NCBI GenBank assembly: GCA_902795845.1
Contig: CADBMU010000082.1
Span: 1 to 30,355, forward strand
From: an uncultured Erysipelotrichaceae bacterium
GTDB taxonomy: Bacteria; Bacillota_I; Bacilli_A; RF39; UBA660
DNA: 30,355 nucleotides
Direction of reading: 5' to 3'
The position numbers and the translations under genes are program-made. This document shows positions 20,162-28,192 of this stretch, piece after piece. Numbering within the stretch: position 1 is the stretch's first letter; each line of letters starts with the position of its first letter. Under the pieces are notes generated by a model. The model did no database searches and was not told the DNA's origin. It worked only from the letters and a program-made list of their open reading frames with translations.

Positions 20162-20935
20162 GTGGATATCAAAAAAGGAGATTATGTTTCAAGAAAAAGT
20201 TATAACAACGACATAATTTTTAAAGTTATAAACATTAAAAACGACATATATTATTTAAAAGGTGCCGATGTTAGATTATATGCTGATAGTTTTTTAGAAG
20301 ATTTGATTAAAGAAGAGATTAAAGAAAAAAAAGAAGAAATTTCCACAGAATTACAAGATAATAATTCAGATAGAGGAGATTTTTTTTATTTGCCAGCTAA
20401 AATATTACATATAGATGGAGACAGTGAATATTTAGATAGATGTCTAAAATATTATAAAAATTTAAATGTCTATGCTGTTGGAAAAAAAATAAGAGAAGAT
20501 AAAATTTATGAAGAAATTTATGATTTATTAGAAGAATATAAGCCAGATATAGTCATTATTACAGGACATGATGCATTTTATAAAAAGAAAAAAGATACTA
20601 CTGATATAAGAAATTATAAAAATTCATTAAATTTTGTTAATGCTGTTAAAATGGCAAGAAAATATGAAAAATCTCATGATAAATTAGTTATAATAGCAGG
20701 AGCTTGTCAAAGTGATTATGAAGAATTAATAAAAGCGGGTGCTAATTTTGCTTCAAGTCCCAAAAGAATAAATATTCATGCTCTAGATCCAGCAATAATT
20801 GCATCATCACTTGCTTTAACTGAACGAAATAAGGAAATTGATCTTTTAGAATTATTAGAAAAGACCAAATACGGTAAAGATGGTATTGGTGGCCTTAAAA
20901 GTAATGGATTAATGTTTGTTGGATATCCAAGATAA
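20162..20935 (+). CDS. yabG: sporulation peptidase YabG
   Basis: 'GDYVSRKSYNNDIIF', 'RLYAD', 'ILHIDGD', 'ITGHD', 'AGACQS', 'NFASSP'; rsmA-yabG-veg synteny. Confidence 0.94.
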   Translation: MDIKKGDYVSRKSYNNDIIFKVINIKNDIYYLKGADVRLYADSFLEDLIKEEIKEKKEEISTELQDNNSDRGDFFYLPAKILHIDGDSEYLDRCLKYYKNLNVYAVGKKIREDKIYEEIYDLLEEYKPDIVIITGHDAFYKKKKDTTDIRNYKNSLNFVNAVKMARKYEKSHDKLVIIAGACQSDYEELIKAGANFASSPKRINIHALDPAIIASSLALTERNKEIDLLELLEKTKYGKDGIGGLKSNGLMFVGYPR

Positions 20936-20947
20936 GAAAGGAAAATT

Positions 20948-21160
20948 ATGAATATTGATGATGTGAAAACTCAAATCAAAAATAATTTATATAGTAATAT
21001 AGAAATAAAAGTATATGGTATGAGAAATAAAAACTCTACTTATGTTGGATATATTTCCAATGTATATCCTGCAATATTTACAGTAAGAATTAATGGTGTT
21101 GATAAAAGTTTTAATTATGTTGACGTCTTAACCGGAGAAGTTAAAATAAAATATTATTAA
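20948..21160 (+). CDS. veg: Veg family protein
   Basis: 'VYPAIFTV', 'SFNYVDVLTGEV'; follows yabG. Confidence 0.9.
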   Translation: MNIDDVKTQIKNNLYSNIEIKVYGMRNKNSTYVGYISNVYPAIFTVRINGVDKSFNYVDVLTGEVKIKYY

Positions 21161-21164
21161 TTAC

Positions 21165-21192
21165 TTGCAAAAATTTACACATATGATAAAAT
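21165..21192 (+). promoter_or_regulatory. sigma-A-like promoter of spoVG
   Basis: TTGCAA, 16 bp, TGaTAAAAT. Confidence 0.6.
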
Positions 21193-21229
21193 AATATTAA
21201 GTTAAAATAACTTTAGGAGGAGTGGTGTT

Positions 21230-21496
21230 ATGGAAATTACATCAGTAAATGTACACAAAATTGAAAAAGAAGGAAAAAGAATTAAAGGTTTAGCTACAGT
21301 TGTTATCGATAATTCATTTGCAATTCATGATATTAGGATAATTGAAGGAGATAATGGCTTATTTATAGCAATGCCAAGTAGAAAAACTCCAACTGGAGAT
21401 TATAGAGATATTGCTCATCCAATTAATCCAGACGTTAGAAAAATGTTTGAAGATGCAATTTTTGAAGAATATAACAAAGAAGATGCAGAAAATTAA
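21230..21496 (+). CDS. spoVG: septation regulator SpoVG
   Basis: 'MEITSV', 'FAIHDIRII', 'GLFIAMPSRK', 'RDIAHPI'. Confidence 0.97.
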   Translation: MEITSVNVHKIEKEGKRIKGLATVVIDNSFAIHDIRIIEGDNGLFIAMPSRKTPTGDYRDIAHPINPDVRKMFEDAIFEEYNKEDAEN

Positions 21497-21518
21497 ACTC
21501 ATATTTATGAGTTTTTTT
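21495..21518 (+). terminator. intrinsic terminator after spoVG
   Basis: AAACTCAT pairs with ATGAGTTT, then a T run. Confidence 0.7.
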
Positions 21519-21526
21519 AATACAAT
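21499..21526 (+). promoter_or_regulatory. possible sigma-E promoter of yabP-yabQ
   Basis: TCATATT (21499-21505), 13 bp, AATACAAT (21519-21526); close to the sigma-E consensus but one base short; overlaps the spoVG terminator. Confidence 0.45.
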
Positions 21527-21542
21527 TTACTAGGGTGATAAT

Positions 21543-21827
21543 ATGCAAAATGATAATGTATTAATTGGTAACCATGAAGTAAAAATGACTGATAGGAAAA
21601 CTATTTATCTGACAGGTATAAAAAAAATAGTAAGTTTTGATAATGAAGAATTTTTAATGGAAAGTAACATGGGAGTAATACTACTTAAAGGTGAAAGCTT
21701 AGAACTAAATAAATTAGATACTTCCGATGGGAATGTTAAAATTAAAGGAAAAATAAATAGTTTGTCTTATGTTGATGGAAAAACTAAAAATAAAGATGAA
21801 GGATTATTTACCAAATTATTTAAATAA
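21543..21827 (+). CDS. yabP: sporulation protein YabP
   Basis: 'HEVKMTDRK', 'LTGIKKIVSFDNEEF', 'GVILLKGESL', 'KGKINSLSY'. Confidence 0.92.
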   Translation: MQNDNVLIGNHEVKMTDRKTIYLTGIKKIVSFDNEEFLMESNMGVILLKGESLELNKLDTSDGNVKIKGKINSLSYVDGKTKNKDEGLFTKLFK

Positions 21828-22129
21828 TGGATAATAAATTACAAATAATAACTTTTATATTTTCTTTTATTTATGGCTTTTCTTTTTTTTACTTAGAAGA
21901 ATTAAATTATCTAATAAATAAGAAAACTAAATGTTTTATTAAATATTTAAACAATACATTATTTATTTTAAATATGGTACTTATTTATGTTATTATAAAT
22001 TATAAAATTAATAATGGTTATTTTCATATTTATTTTATAATAACAATAGTACTAGGATATTTTCTTTCAAATTATACACAAAATAATGTAAAGAATTTAA
22101 TTAATAAGTACAAAAGAAAAAATAAGTGA
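21827..22129 (+). CDS. yabQ: spore cortex biosynthesis protein YabQ (short form)
   Basis: Hydrophobic 100 aa ('SFIYG', 'NNGYFHIY..LG') coupled between yabP and divIC. Confidence 0.75.
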   Translation: MDNKLQIITFIFSFIYGFSFFYLEELNYLINKKTKCFIKYLNNTLFILNMVLIYVIINYKINNGYFHIYFIITIVLGYFLSNYTQNNVKNLINKYKRKNK

Positions 22130-22157
22130 TATAATTATCTTAAGAATGGATGATTAT

Positions 22158-22451
22158 ATGAAAGGTAAAATAACAAAAAAAGTAAAAAGAAGATTATTTT
22201 TTCAAACAGTATTTTTATTTATTTTAGTTTTTGCATTAATTTTCTCTGTATTTAATGATTGGTCAAAAATATTACAAAATAAAAGAAAAATAAATTCACT
22301 TAATAGTGAATATACTTCTCTTTTAGAAAAAGAAGAATCATTAAATTCAGAAGTAACAAAATTACAAGATCCAGATTATGTTGCAAGATATGCTAGAGAA
22401 AAGTACATGTATTCATTACCTGATGAAGTAATTATTCGTATACCAGAATAA
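22158..22451 (+). CDS. divIC: septum formation initiator DivIC/FtsB family
   Basis: Single TM helix, coiled coil and 'KLQDPDYVARYAREKY'. The start may alternatively be ATG 22146. Confidence 0.88.
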   Translation: MKGKITKKVKRRLFFQTVFLFILVFALIFSVFNDWSKILQNKRKINSLNSEYTSLLEKEESLNSEVTKLQDPDYVARYAREKYMYSLPDEVIIRIPE

Positions 22452-22478
22452 GATAAACACTTTGTGTTTGTCTTTTTT
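22451..22478 (+). terminator. intrinsic terminator after divIC
   Basis: AGATAAACAC-TTT-GTGTTTGTCT plus a T run. Confidence 0.7.
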
Positions 22479-22495
22479 CAAAAAAATGGTATAAT
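22468..22495 (+). promoter_or_regulatory. sigma-A promoter of the ecfA-like-truA unit
   Basis: TTGTCT, 16 bp, TGgTATAAT. Confidence 0.65.
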
Positions 22496-22518
22496 ATCAA
22501 AGCATTTTGGAGGATAAT

Positions 22519-23202
22519 ATGGAAATAGTTTTACAAAATTATAATAAAAATATTAATGGTGTAGATATTTTAAAAAATATAAATTTTAATTTTAATTGCA
22601 ATATTTCTTTAATTGGAACTTCTAATAGTGGAAAAACATCATTATTAAAATTTTTAGAAAATGATTATAATGTTCCTAGAATATATAAAAATTTTATGTT
22701 TTTTCATTCAACAGTTGAAGACGAAATAAAATATATCTTATTAAATACAAAACAAAAAAAGATGGTAAATGATTTACTTAAAGATATTAATTTAAGTATA
22801 AATCCTAATATGTTAAAAAATAATGATAAAATTAAATTGTGTATTTTAAAAGGTATTTTAAACAATAATAATTATGTTTCATTTGATAATATTTTAACTT
22901 ATCTTCCATTAAAAGATAAAGAATATATATTAAAATATTTAAAACAAGAACATATAAACTATATAATTGTAAGTAATGATTTAAATGATTTGTTTAATAC
23001 TGATATTACATATATTTTAAATGAAGGTTCAATAATCGCTAGTGGTGCTTCACAAAAAATACTTTTAGAAGAAAAGCTTTTAAAAAGACTTGGTTTTACT
23101 TTACCATTCATGATTGATTTATCACTAAAATTAAAAGATTATAACTTAATAAAAGATATTTATTTAGATAAAGAATTGTTGGTGAATAAACTATGGAAAT
23201 AA
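22519..23202 (+). CDS. degenerate ECF-transporter ATPase A1-like protein
   Basis: Walker A GTSNSGKT intact; 'STVEDEI'; signature eroded (LKNND); Walker B 'VSFDN'; 'SNDL'; C-terminal 'LGFTLPFMIDL'; at the ecfA position before truA. SD GGAGG supports ATG 22519. Confidence 0.65.
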   Translation: MEIVLQNYNKNINGVDILKNINFNFNCNISLIGTSNSGKTSLLKFLENDYNVPRIYKNFMFFHSTVEDEIKYILLNTKQKKMVNDLLKDINLSINPNMLKNNDKIKLCILKGILNNNNYVSFDNILTYLPLKDKEYILKYLKQEHINYIIVSNDLNDLFNTDITYILNEGSIIASGASQKILLEEKLLKRLGFTLPFMIDLSLKLKDYNLIKDIYLDKELLVNKLWK

Positions 23203-23807
23203 AGAAAAATAAAATAACCGCAATATTAGGTATAGATACAGATTTAAATATTGATGAAGAAAAATTAGAATTAGATTTTTTGAAAAGTATAAAAATGATA
23301 GATTATTTAAAAAATAAATTTAATAATTTAAATGAAGAAAAGATTAATGAAGCTTTAAAAATATGTTTATTAACTGATATTGATAAACAAAAACCTCTTA
23401 ATGTATTATCTTCAAATGAAATAGAAAAGTTAGAATTAGCAATAAAATTATTAGAAAATAGAGAAATGATAATATTAAGCGATTTTGAAATAAATTTTTT
23501 AAATAGAGAATTTAATTACTTTAAGAATTTATTTAAAAAAATGGTTACTAAATATAACAAAACAGTAGTTTTTATAACTAATAATTTAACAAGAATTATG
23601 GATATAATTGATTTTATATTGGTTGTTGAAAATAAAACAGTGGTTTTAGAACTTAATGCTAAAAATATTTATTATGATAAAATTTATGATTATGTAGATA
23701 TGCCTGAAATAATTAATTTTGTTAAACTTGCGAGAAAGAATCATGCTAAATTAGAAGATTATACAGATATAAATGAACTTATTAAAGGTATTTTCAGGAG
23801 TGTATAA
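23193..23807 (+). CDS. degenerate ECF-transporter ATPase A2-like protein (no Walker A)
   Basis: 'KNKITAILG' without GxxGxGK; 'LSSNE'; 'IILSD'; 'ITNNL'; C-terminal 'DMPEII...TDINEL'; overlaps both neighbours. Confidence 0.55.
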   Translation: MEIKKNKITAILGIDTDLNIDEEKLELDFLKSIKMIDYLKNKFNNLNEEKINEALKICLLTDIDKQKPLNVLSSNEIEKLELAIKLLENREMIILSDFEINFLNREFNYFKNLFKKMVTKYNKTVVFITNNLTRIMDIIDFILVVENKTVVLELNAKNIYYDKIYDYVDMPEIINFVKLARKNHAKLEDYTDINELIKGIFRSV

Positions 23808-24529
23808 TGAGATATTTAATTAGTATAAGTTATGATGGTTCAAAGTTTCAAGGCTTTCAAAGATTAAAGGAAAATGCAAGTGTTCAAAAAGTTATAGAGG
23901 ATGCCTTAACTAAAATAAATAAAGATAAAGTTGTTATAAAAGGGGCTGGAAGAACAGATAGAGGTGTTCATGCTTTAGATCAAAAAGCTCATTTTGATTT
24001 AGATATTAATATAACTCCTGAAGGGCTAAAAAAAGCCCTAAATAGTTTAGTAAAACCTTATATCTATATAAATGATTGTAAAATAGTTGATGAAAATTTT
24101 CATGCTAGGTTTTGTGTAAAAGAAAAAGTTTATGTTTATAAAATTAATTTAGGAGAATATAATCCAATTTTAAAAGACTATGTTAATCAAAATGTTAACA
24201 ATCTTGATATCAAAGCAATGAAGAAAGCTAGTAAAGTATTTTTGGGTGTTCATAATTTTAAAAACTTTGTTAGTGGTGAAAGAGATAATTACGATTGTAT
24301 AATTTATAAAATTAAATTTAAAGTAGTAGATAATATTTTAGAGATTGAATTTACTGGAAAAAGTTTTTATAGATATATGGTTAGAAATTTAGTAGGGGCA
24401 TTAATAGAAGTTGGAAAGCATAAAATTAATAGTGAATATTTAGAAAATATGTTAGAAAATTATGATACGGTTATCAACTTACCAACCTCTGATGCTTGTG
24501 GATTATATTTAAAACAGATAAAATATTAG
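23807..24529 (+). CDS. truA: tRNA pseudouridine(38-40) synthase
   Basis: 'SYDGSKFQGFQ', 'GAGRTDRGVHA', 'FHARF', 'FYRYMVRNLVG', 'GLYL'. Confidence 0.96.
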   Translation: MRYLISISYDGSKFQGFQRLKENASVQKVIEDALTKINKDKVVIKGAGRTDRGVHALDQKAHFDLDINITPEGLKKALNSLVKPYIYINDCKIVDENFHARFCVKEKVYVYKINLGEYNPILKDYVNQNVNNLDIKAMKKASKVFLGVHNFKNFVSGERDNYDCIIYKIKFKVVDNILEIEFTGKSFYRYMVRNLVGALIEVGKHKINSEYLENMLENYDTVINLPTSDACGLYLKQIKY

Positions 24530-24547
24530 TGTTTCATTAGATTTTGT

Positions 24548-24576
24548 TTGACTTTTAAGTAATTATCTAATATAAT
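24548..24576 (+). promoter_or_regulatory. sigma-A promoter of rplM-rpsI
   Basis: TTGACT, 17 bp, TATAAT. Confidence 0.85.
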
Positions 24577-24582
24577 TTTAAA

Positions 24583-24650
24583 TGGTACATTTTATTTTCG
24601 AAGTCTTTTAGACCCTGGGAAAGTTGAAAAAGAAATCGATTATGGAAGGA
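24583..24650 (+). promoter_or_regulatory. possible L13 leader (autoregulatory 5' UTR)
   Basis: ~75-nt UTR containing a GC-rich GACCCTGGG core; the call rests mainly on position before rplM. Confidence 0.3.
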
Positions 24651-24658
24651 AAAAAAAT

Positions 24659-25090
24659 ATGAGTACATTTATGCAAAAAAAAGAAAATATTGAACGTAAG
24701 TGGTATGTTATTGATGCAGCTGGTCTTAATTTAGGTCGTGTTGCAACAAAAGCTGCACACATTTTGAGAGGAAAACACAAACCTACATATACTCCTCATG
24801 TTGATTGTGGAGATTATGTAATCGTTATTAATGCAGATAAAGTTAATTTAACTGGTAATAAGTTAAATGACAAAATGTATTATAACCATAGTGGATTTCC
24901 AGGAGGCTTAAGAGAAAGAAATGCTAAAACTATGATTGAAAGCTATCCAGAAGAAATGATGGAAAGAGCTATTAAAGGAATGCTTCCTCATAATAGACTT
25001 GGTAGACAAATGGGTAAAAAACTATTTGTTTATAGAGGCGCAGATCATAAACATGCAGCTCAAAAGCCAATAGAAATGAAAGTTGATTAG
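24659..25090 (+). CDS. rplM: 50S ribosomal protein L13
   Basis: 'RKWYVIDA', '[15 protein letters not shown]', '[10 protein letters not shown]'. Confidence 0.98.
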   Translation: MSTFMQKKENIERKWYVIDAAGLNLGRVATKAAHILRGKHKPTYTPHVDCGDYVIVINADKVNLTGNKLNDKMYYNHSGFPGGLRERNAKTMIESYPEEMMERAIKGMLPHNRLGRQMGKKLFVYRGADHKHAAQKPIEMKVD

Positions 25091-25100
25091 GAGGGTATTC

Positions 25101-25520
25101 ATGAGTAAGAAACAAGTTTGGACAGCAACAGGACGTAGAAAACGTTCTCAAGCTCAAGTTAGATTAACTACAGGAACTGGTAAAATTACAGTTAATGGTG
25201 TTGATGTTAACGAATATATGCCATATGCTACATTAGTTATGGATTTAAAACAACCATTAGTTTTAACTGGTAATGACAAAAATTTAGATATTGATGTTAC
25301 AGTTAAAGGTGGAGGTTTCTCAGGTCAAACTGGAGCTATTAGATTAGGAATCACAAGAGCTTTAATAGCTTATGATGCTAATACTGATCAATCTAGTGAA
25401 GATTCTTATAGAAAAGTATTAAAAACAGCTGGTTTTGTTACAAGAGATCCTAGAGTTAAAGAACGTAAAAAACCAGGTCTTAAAAAAGCTCGTAGAGCAC
25501 CACAATTCTCAAAACGTTAG
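25101..25520 (+). CDS. rpsI: 30S ribosomal protein S9
   Basis: 'TGRRK', '[15 protein letters not shown]', '[26 protein letters not shown]'; SD AGGAGG before ATG 25101. Confidence 0.98.
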   Translation: MSKKQVWTATGRRKRSQAQVRLTTGTGKITVNGVDVNEYMPYATLVMDLKQPLVLTGNDKNLDIDVTVKGGGFSGQTGAIRLGITRALIAYDANTDQSSEDSYRKVLKTAGFVTRDPRVKERKKPGLKKARRAPQFSKR

Positions 25521-25532
25521 AAATATTTTTTT

Positions 25533-25555
25533 CCTCGTATTATACGAGGTTTTTT
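25533..25555 (+). terminator. intrinsic terminator after rpsI
   Basis: CCTCGTA-TTA-TACGAGG plus a T run. Confidence 0.75.
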
Positions 25556-25623
25556 CTTGCTTTTTTATAATTTTAAGATATAATATAAACACGTAATAAA
25601 TATATTTAAAGTGGGTGACTGTT

Positions 25624-26172
25624 ATGGATATTATAAAAACTATATATAAATTATCTTTTTTTGTATTAGGGTGTGTAATGTTAGTTATAGCACTTTTAGT
25701 CATACCAGTAGGTTTTAACAGTTTTATATGGTTTTTTGGGTTCTCATTTTTGTTCTATTTACTTAGTTTTCAATATACTTTAGCAGTTATAAAATGGTTA
25801 TTTCAAAAGATTATTAATATATCTAAACCTAGAAAAGCTAGTGGTTGGAAAAATTTAACTATAGAAAATATTAGTTATGATAAATCTTTAGGTTTAATTA
25901 AATTAAATTCTAAAACTTTAAATTTTGATCAAATAGTGTCAGTTGATATAATAGCTAATTCAAAAAAAGTTAAAGCAAGTGAATTAAGTAAAATTAGTGA
26001 TGTAAAAAAATTAGAAATAAAAATAGGAACACAAGTTAAAAAAGTAATTTATCGTCATTTTAAATATATAACAGGTAAAATATCTGAAAAAAATAAAAAA
26101 ATAGTTATCAAATCTTGTTTAAAAGATTATAAAAAATTAAAAAAAGTCTTAAAAAATGTCAAATTTGACTAA
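25624..26172 (+). CDS. hypothetical membrane protein (two N-terminal TM helices, basic soluble domain)
   Basis: Intact 182-aa ORF with SD GGGTGA and its own promoter (TTGCTT 25557, 16 bp, TATAAT 25579); no recognised family. Confidence 0.7.
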   Translation: MDIIKTIYKLSFFVLGCVMLVIALLVIPVGFNSFIWFFGFSFLFYLLSFQYTLAVIKWLFQKIINISKPRKASGWKNLTIENISYDKSLGLIKLNSKTLNFDQIVSVDIIANSKKVKASELSKISDVKKLEIKIGTQVKKVIYRHFKYITGKISEKNKKIVIKSCLKDYKKLKKVLKNVKFD

Positions 26173-26178
26173 TTTTAG

Positions 26179-26206
26179 TTGCTAAAATAATTTGATATGA
26201 TATAAT
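26179..26206 (+). promoter_or_regulatory. sigma-A promoter of rpmE
   Basis: TTGCTA, 16 bp, TGaTATAAT. Confidence 0.65.
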
Positions 26207-26265
26207 ACATAAGATGAAAGAAAAATACTATACTATGAATTTAGTATGGCGAAAGGAGAATATTA

Positions 26266-26484
26266 ATGAGAAAGAACATTCATCCAGAAATGAAAGAAGT
26301 TACAGTTAAATGTGCATGTGGTGCTACATTCAAAACTAAATCAACAAAAGATCATATAGATGTTGAAGTTTGTAGTGAATGTCATCCATTCTATACAGGA
26401 GCTCAAGGTAGAGTTAAAAAAACTGGTAACATTGAAAAATTCAACAAAAGATATGGAATTAATAAAGACGAAAAAGCTGCTTAA
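26266..26484 (+). CDS. rpmE: 50S ribosomal protein L31, zinc-binding (C+) type
   Basis: 'IHPE', CxC 'CACG', CxxC 'CSECHPFYTG'. Confidence 0.97.
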   Translation: MRKNIHPEMKEVTVKCACGATFKTKSTKDHIDVEVCSECHPFYTGAQGRVKKTGNIEKFNKRYGINKDEKAA

Positions 26485-26504
26485 TAAAGTGGCTTTTATT
26501 TTTT
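26472..26504 (+). terminator. intrinsic terminator after rpmE
   Basis: AAAAGCTGCTT pairs with AAGTGGCTTTT (two G-U pairs), then a T-rich tail. Confidence 0.65.
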
Positions 26505-26545
26505 GAAAATGTGTTATAATAGTTTATATAAAGGAGCTTTTGATA

Positions 26546-27547
26546 ATGAAGAAAATTAAATATTTAATTAAAAGAATATGCAACATGAATTTTAATAATT
26601 TTTTTAATACATTAAATGATGTTCATAAAAAGACTGGTAAAAATAAAGTATATATTTTTTTCGATATGATAATTTGTGGCTTTAAGTATCAAGCCGGTTA
26701 TATTGATTACAATTTATTTGAAATGTATAACATGAATAGATATGAAAGATCAACAGTAATTACTAGAGGAATAAATAATGAAATAATAAAAAAATATAAT
26801 GATCCAGAATATATGAAAATATTTAATGATAAGATTAAATTTAATGAAAGATTTAATAAATATTTAAAAAGAGATTGGTTAGAACTTACTGGAAATAATA
26901 AAAAAGAGTTTGCTAAATTTTGTGAAAAACATCCTAAATTTGTTGCTAAACCAACAAAAGAATCTTGTGGAAAAGGTGTTGAAATAATAGATAGCACAGA
27001 TAAAAAGATCTATGATTTATACAATGAACTTTATAATAATAAACAAATATTAGTTGAAGAAATAGCAGTACAATGTAAAAAAATAAGCGATTTACATCCT
27101 GATTCTATTAATACATTAAGAGTTGTGACGTTAAAAGGTATGGTAGTAACGGCTCTTCTTAGAATAGGAAATAATCATAATAATGTTGATAATTTTAATC
27201 ATGAAGGATTATGTGTTCCGATTGATATAGAAGATGGTATTGTGAAATATCAAGCTATTGATAAAAAGGGTAATTTATATGACAAACACCCTATCACAAA
27301 AAAAGAGATAGTTGGATTTAAAGTACCAAAATGGAATGAAGTAAAAAAAATATGTGAACAAGCAGCACTTGAAATTCCTCAAGTTGGTTATATAGGATGG
27401 GATGTATGTGTAACAAAGGATGATATTTGTTTTATTGAAGCAAATGAATTCCCAGGCCATGATTTATATGGACTACCACCACATCGTACAAATAATATCG
27501 GTTTATTACCAAAATTTCAAGAAGCAATGAAAAAGGAGATTAAATAA
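26546..27547 (+). CDS. sugar-transfer-associated ATP-grasp domain protein
   Basis: 'FNDKIKF', 'FVAKP..ESCGKGV', 'LVEE', 'SINTLRVVT', 'NVDNF', 'GYIGWDV', 'FIEANEFP' are typical of ATPgrasp_ST-like ligases; SD AAGGAG favours ATG 26546. Confidence 0.75.
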   Translation: MKKIKYLIKRICNMNFNNFFNTLNDVHKKTGKNKVYIFFDMIICGFKYQAGYIDYNLFEMYNMNRYERSTVITRGINNEIIKKYNDPEYMKIFNDKIKFNERFNKYLKRDWLELTGNNKKEFAKFCEKHPKFVAKPTKESCGKGVEIIDSTDKKIYDLYNELYNNKQILVEEIAVQCKKISDLHPDSINTLRVVTLKGMVVTALLRIGNNHNNVDNFNHEGLCVPIDIEDGIVKYQAIDKKGNLYDKHPITKKEIVGFKVPKWNEVKKICEQAALEIPQVGYIGWDVCVTKDDICFIEANEFPGHDLYGLPPHRTNNIGLLPKFQEAMKKEIK

Positions 27548-27996
27548 TGAGAATAATAATAGGTTGTGACCATAGAGGGGTAGAATTAAAAAATCAAATA
27601 ATAGCGAATTTAAAAAATGATGGCTTTGAAGTTGTTGAATCATCAGTTAAAAACAATGAAAATGATGACTATCCAGATTTTGCTTTTGATGTAGCTAATA
27701 AAGTTAAAAATGATGATTTAGGAATTCTTATTTGTGGAAATGGAATTGGAATTAGTATAGCAGCTAATAAAGTAAAAGGAATAAGATGTGCTAGAGTTGT
27801 AGATGTTGATGATGTGTTTAAAGCTAAGACACATAATGGTGCTAATATCATTGCCTTTGGTGCTACTAATGATATTGATAAAGCAATGGAAATGGTAAAT
27901 GTATTCATTGCAACAAAATATCCTACTGAAGAAAGACACTTAAAAAGAATAGAAAAAATAATAAAATACGAAAATGGAGAATATAATGAACTATAA
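27547..27996 (+). CDS. rpiB: ribose-5-phosphate isomerase B (RpiB/LacA/LacB family)
   Basis: 'GCDHRG', 'DDYPD', 'GILICGNGIGISIAANKVKGIR', 'RHLKRIEKI'. Confidence 0.9.
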   Translation: MRIIIGCDHRGVELKNQIIANLKNDGFEVVESSVKNNENDDYPDFAFDVANKVKNDDLGILICGNGIGISIAANKVKGIRCARVVDVDDVFKAKTHNGANIIAFGATNDIDKAMEMVNVFIATKYPTEERHLKRIEKIIKYENGEYNEL

Positions 27997-28183
27997 AGTA
28001 TATTTATATGTTATATTTACTTTCTTATCAATATATTCATTTAGTGCCTTAGATTTTACTAAAATTTTAAGACCAAATAAGAATATTGAAGCAAGAATTA
28101 TTATTTTTATTTTAAGTTTTGCATTTAGTTATTTAGTTAGTAATTTTATTTATGATTTTATTGAATGTAGTAAATTATTTTAA
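27986..28183 (+). CDS. DUF1146 family small membrane protein (YwzB-like)
   Basis: 'FSALDFTKILRPNK..EARIIIFILSFAFSYLVSNFIYDF'; precedes spoIID; SD GGAG favours ATG 27986. Confidence 0.75.
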   Translation: MNYKVYLYVIFTFLSIYSFSALDFTKILRPNKNIEARIIIFILSFAFSYLVSNFIYDFIECSKLF

Positions 28184-28192
28184 GGAGAAAAA

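Noticed and set aside
26236-26258. Small hairpin before the rpmE SD as an L31 leader
   Set aside because: Only a short stem with a G-U pair; the family cannot be confirmed without a covariance-model search.
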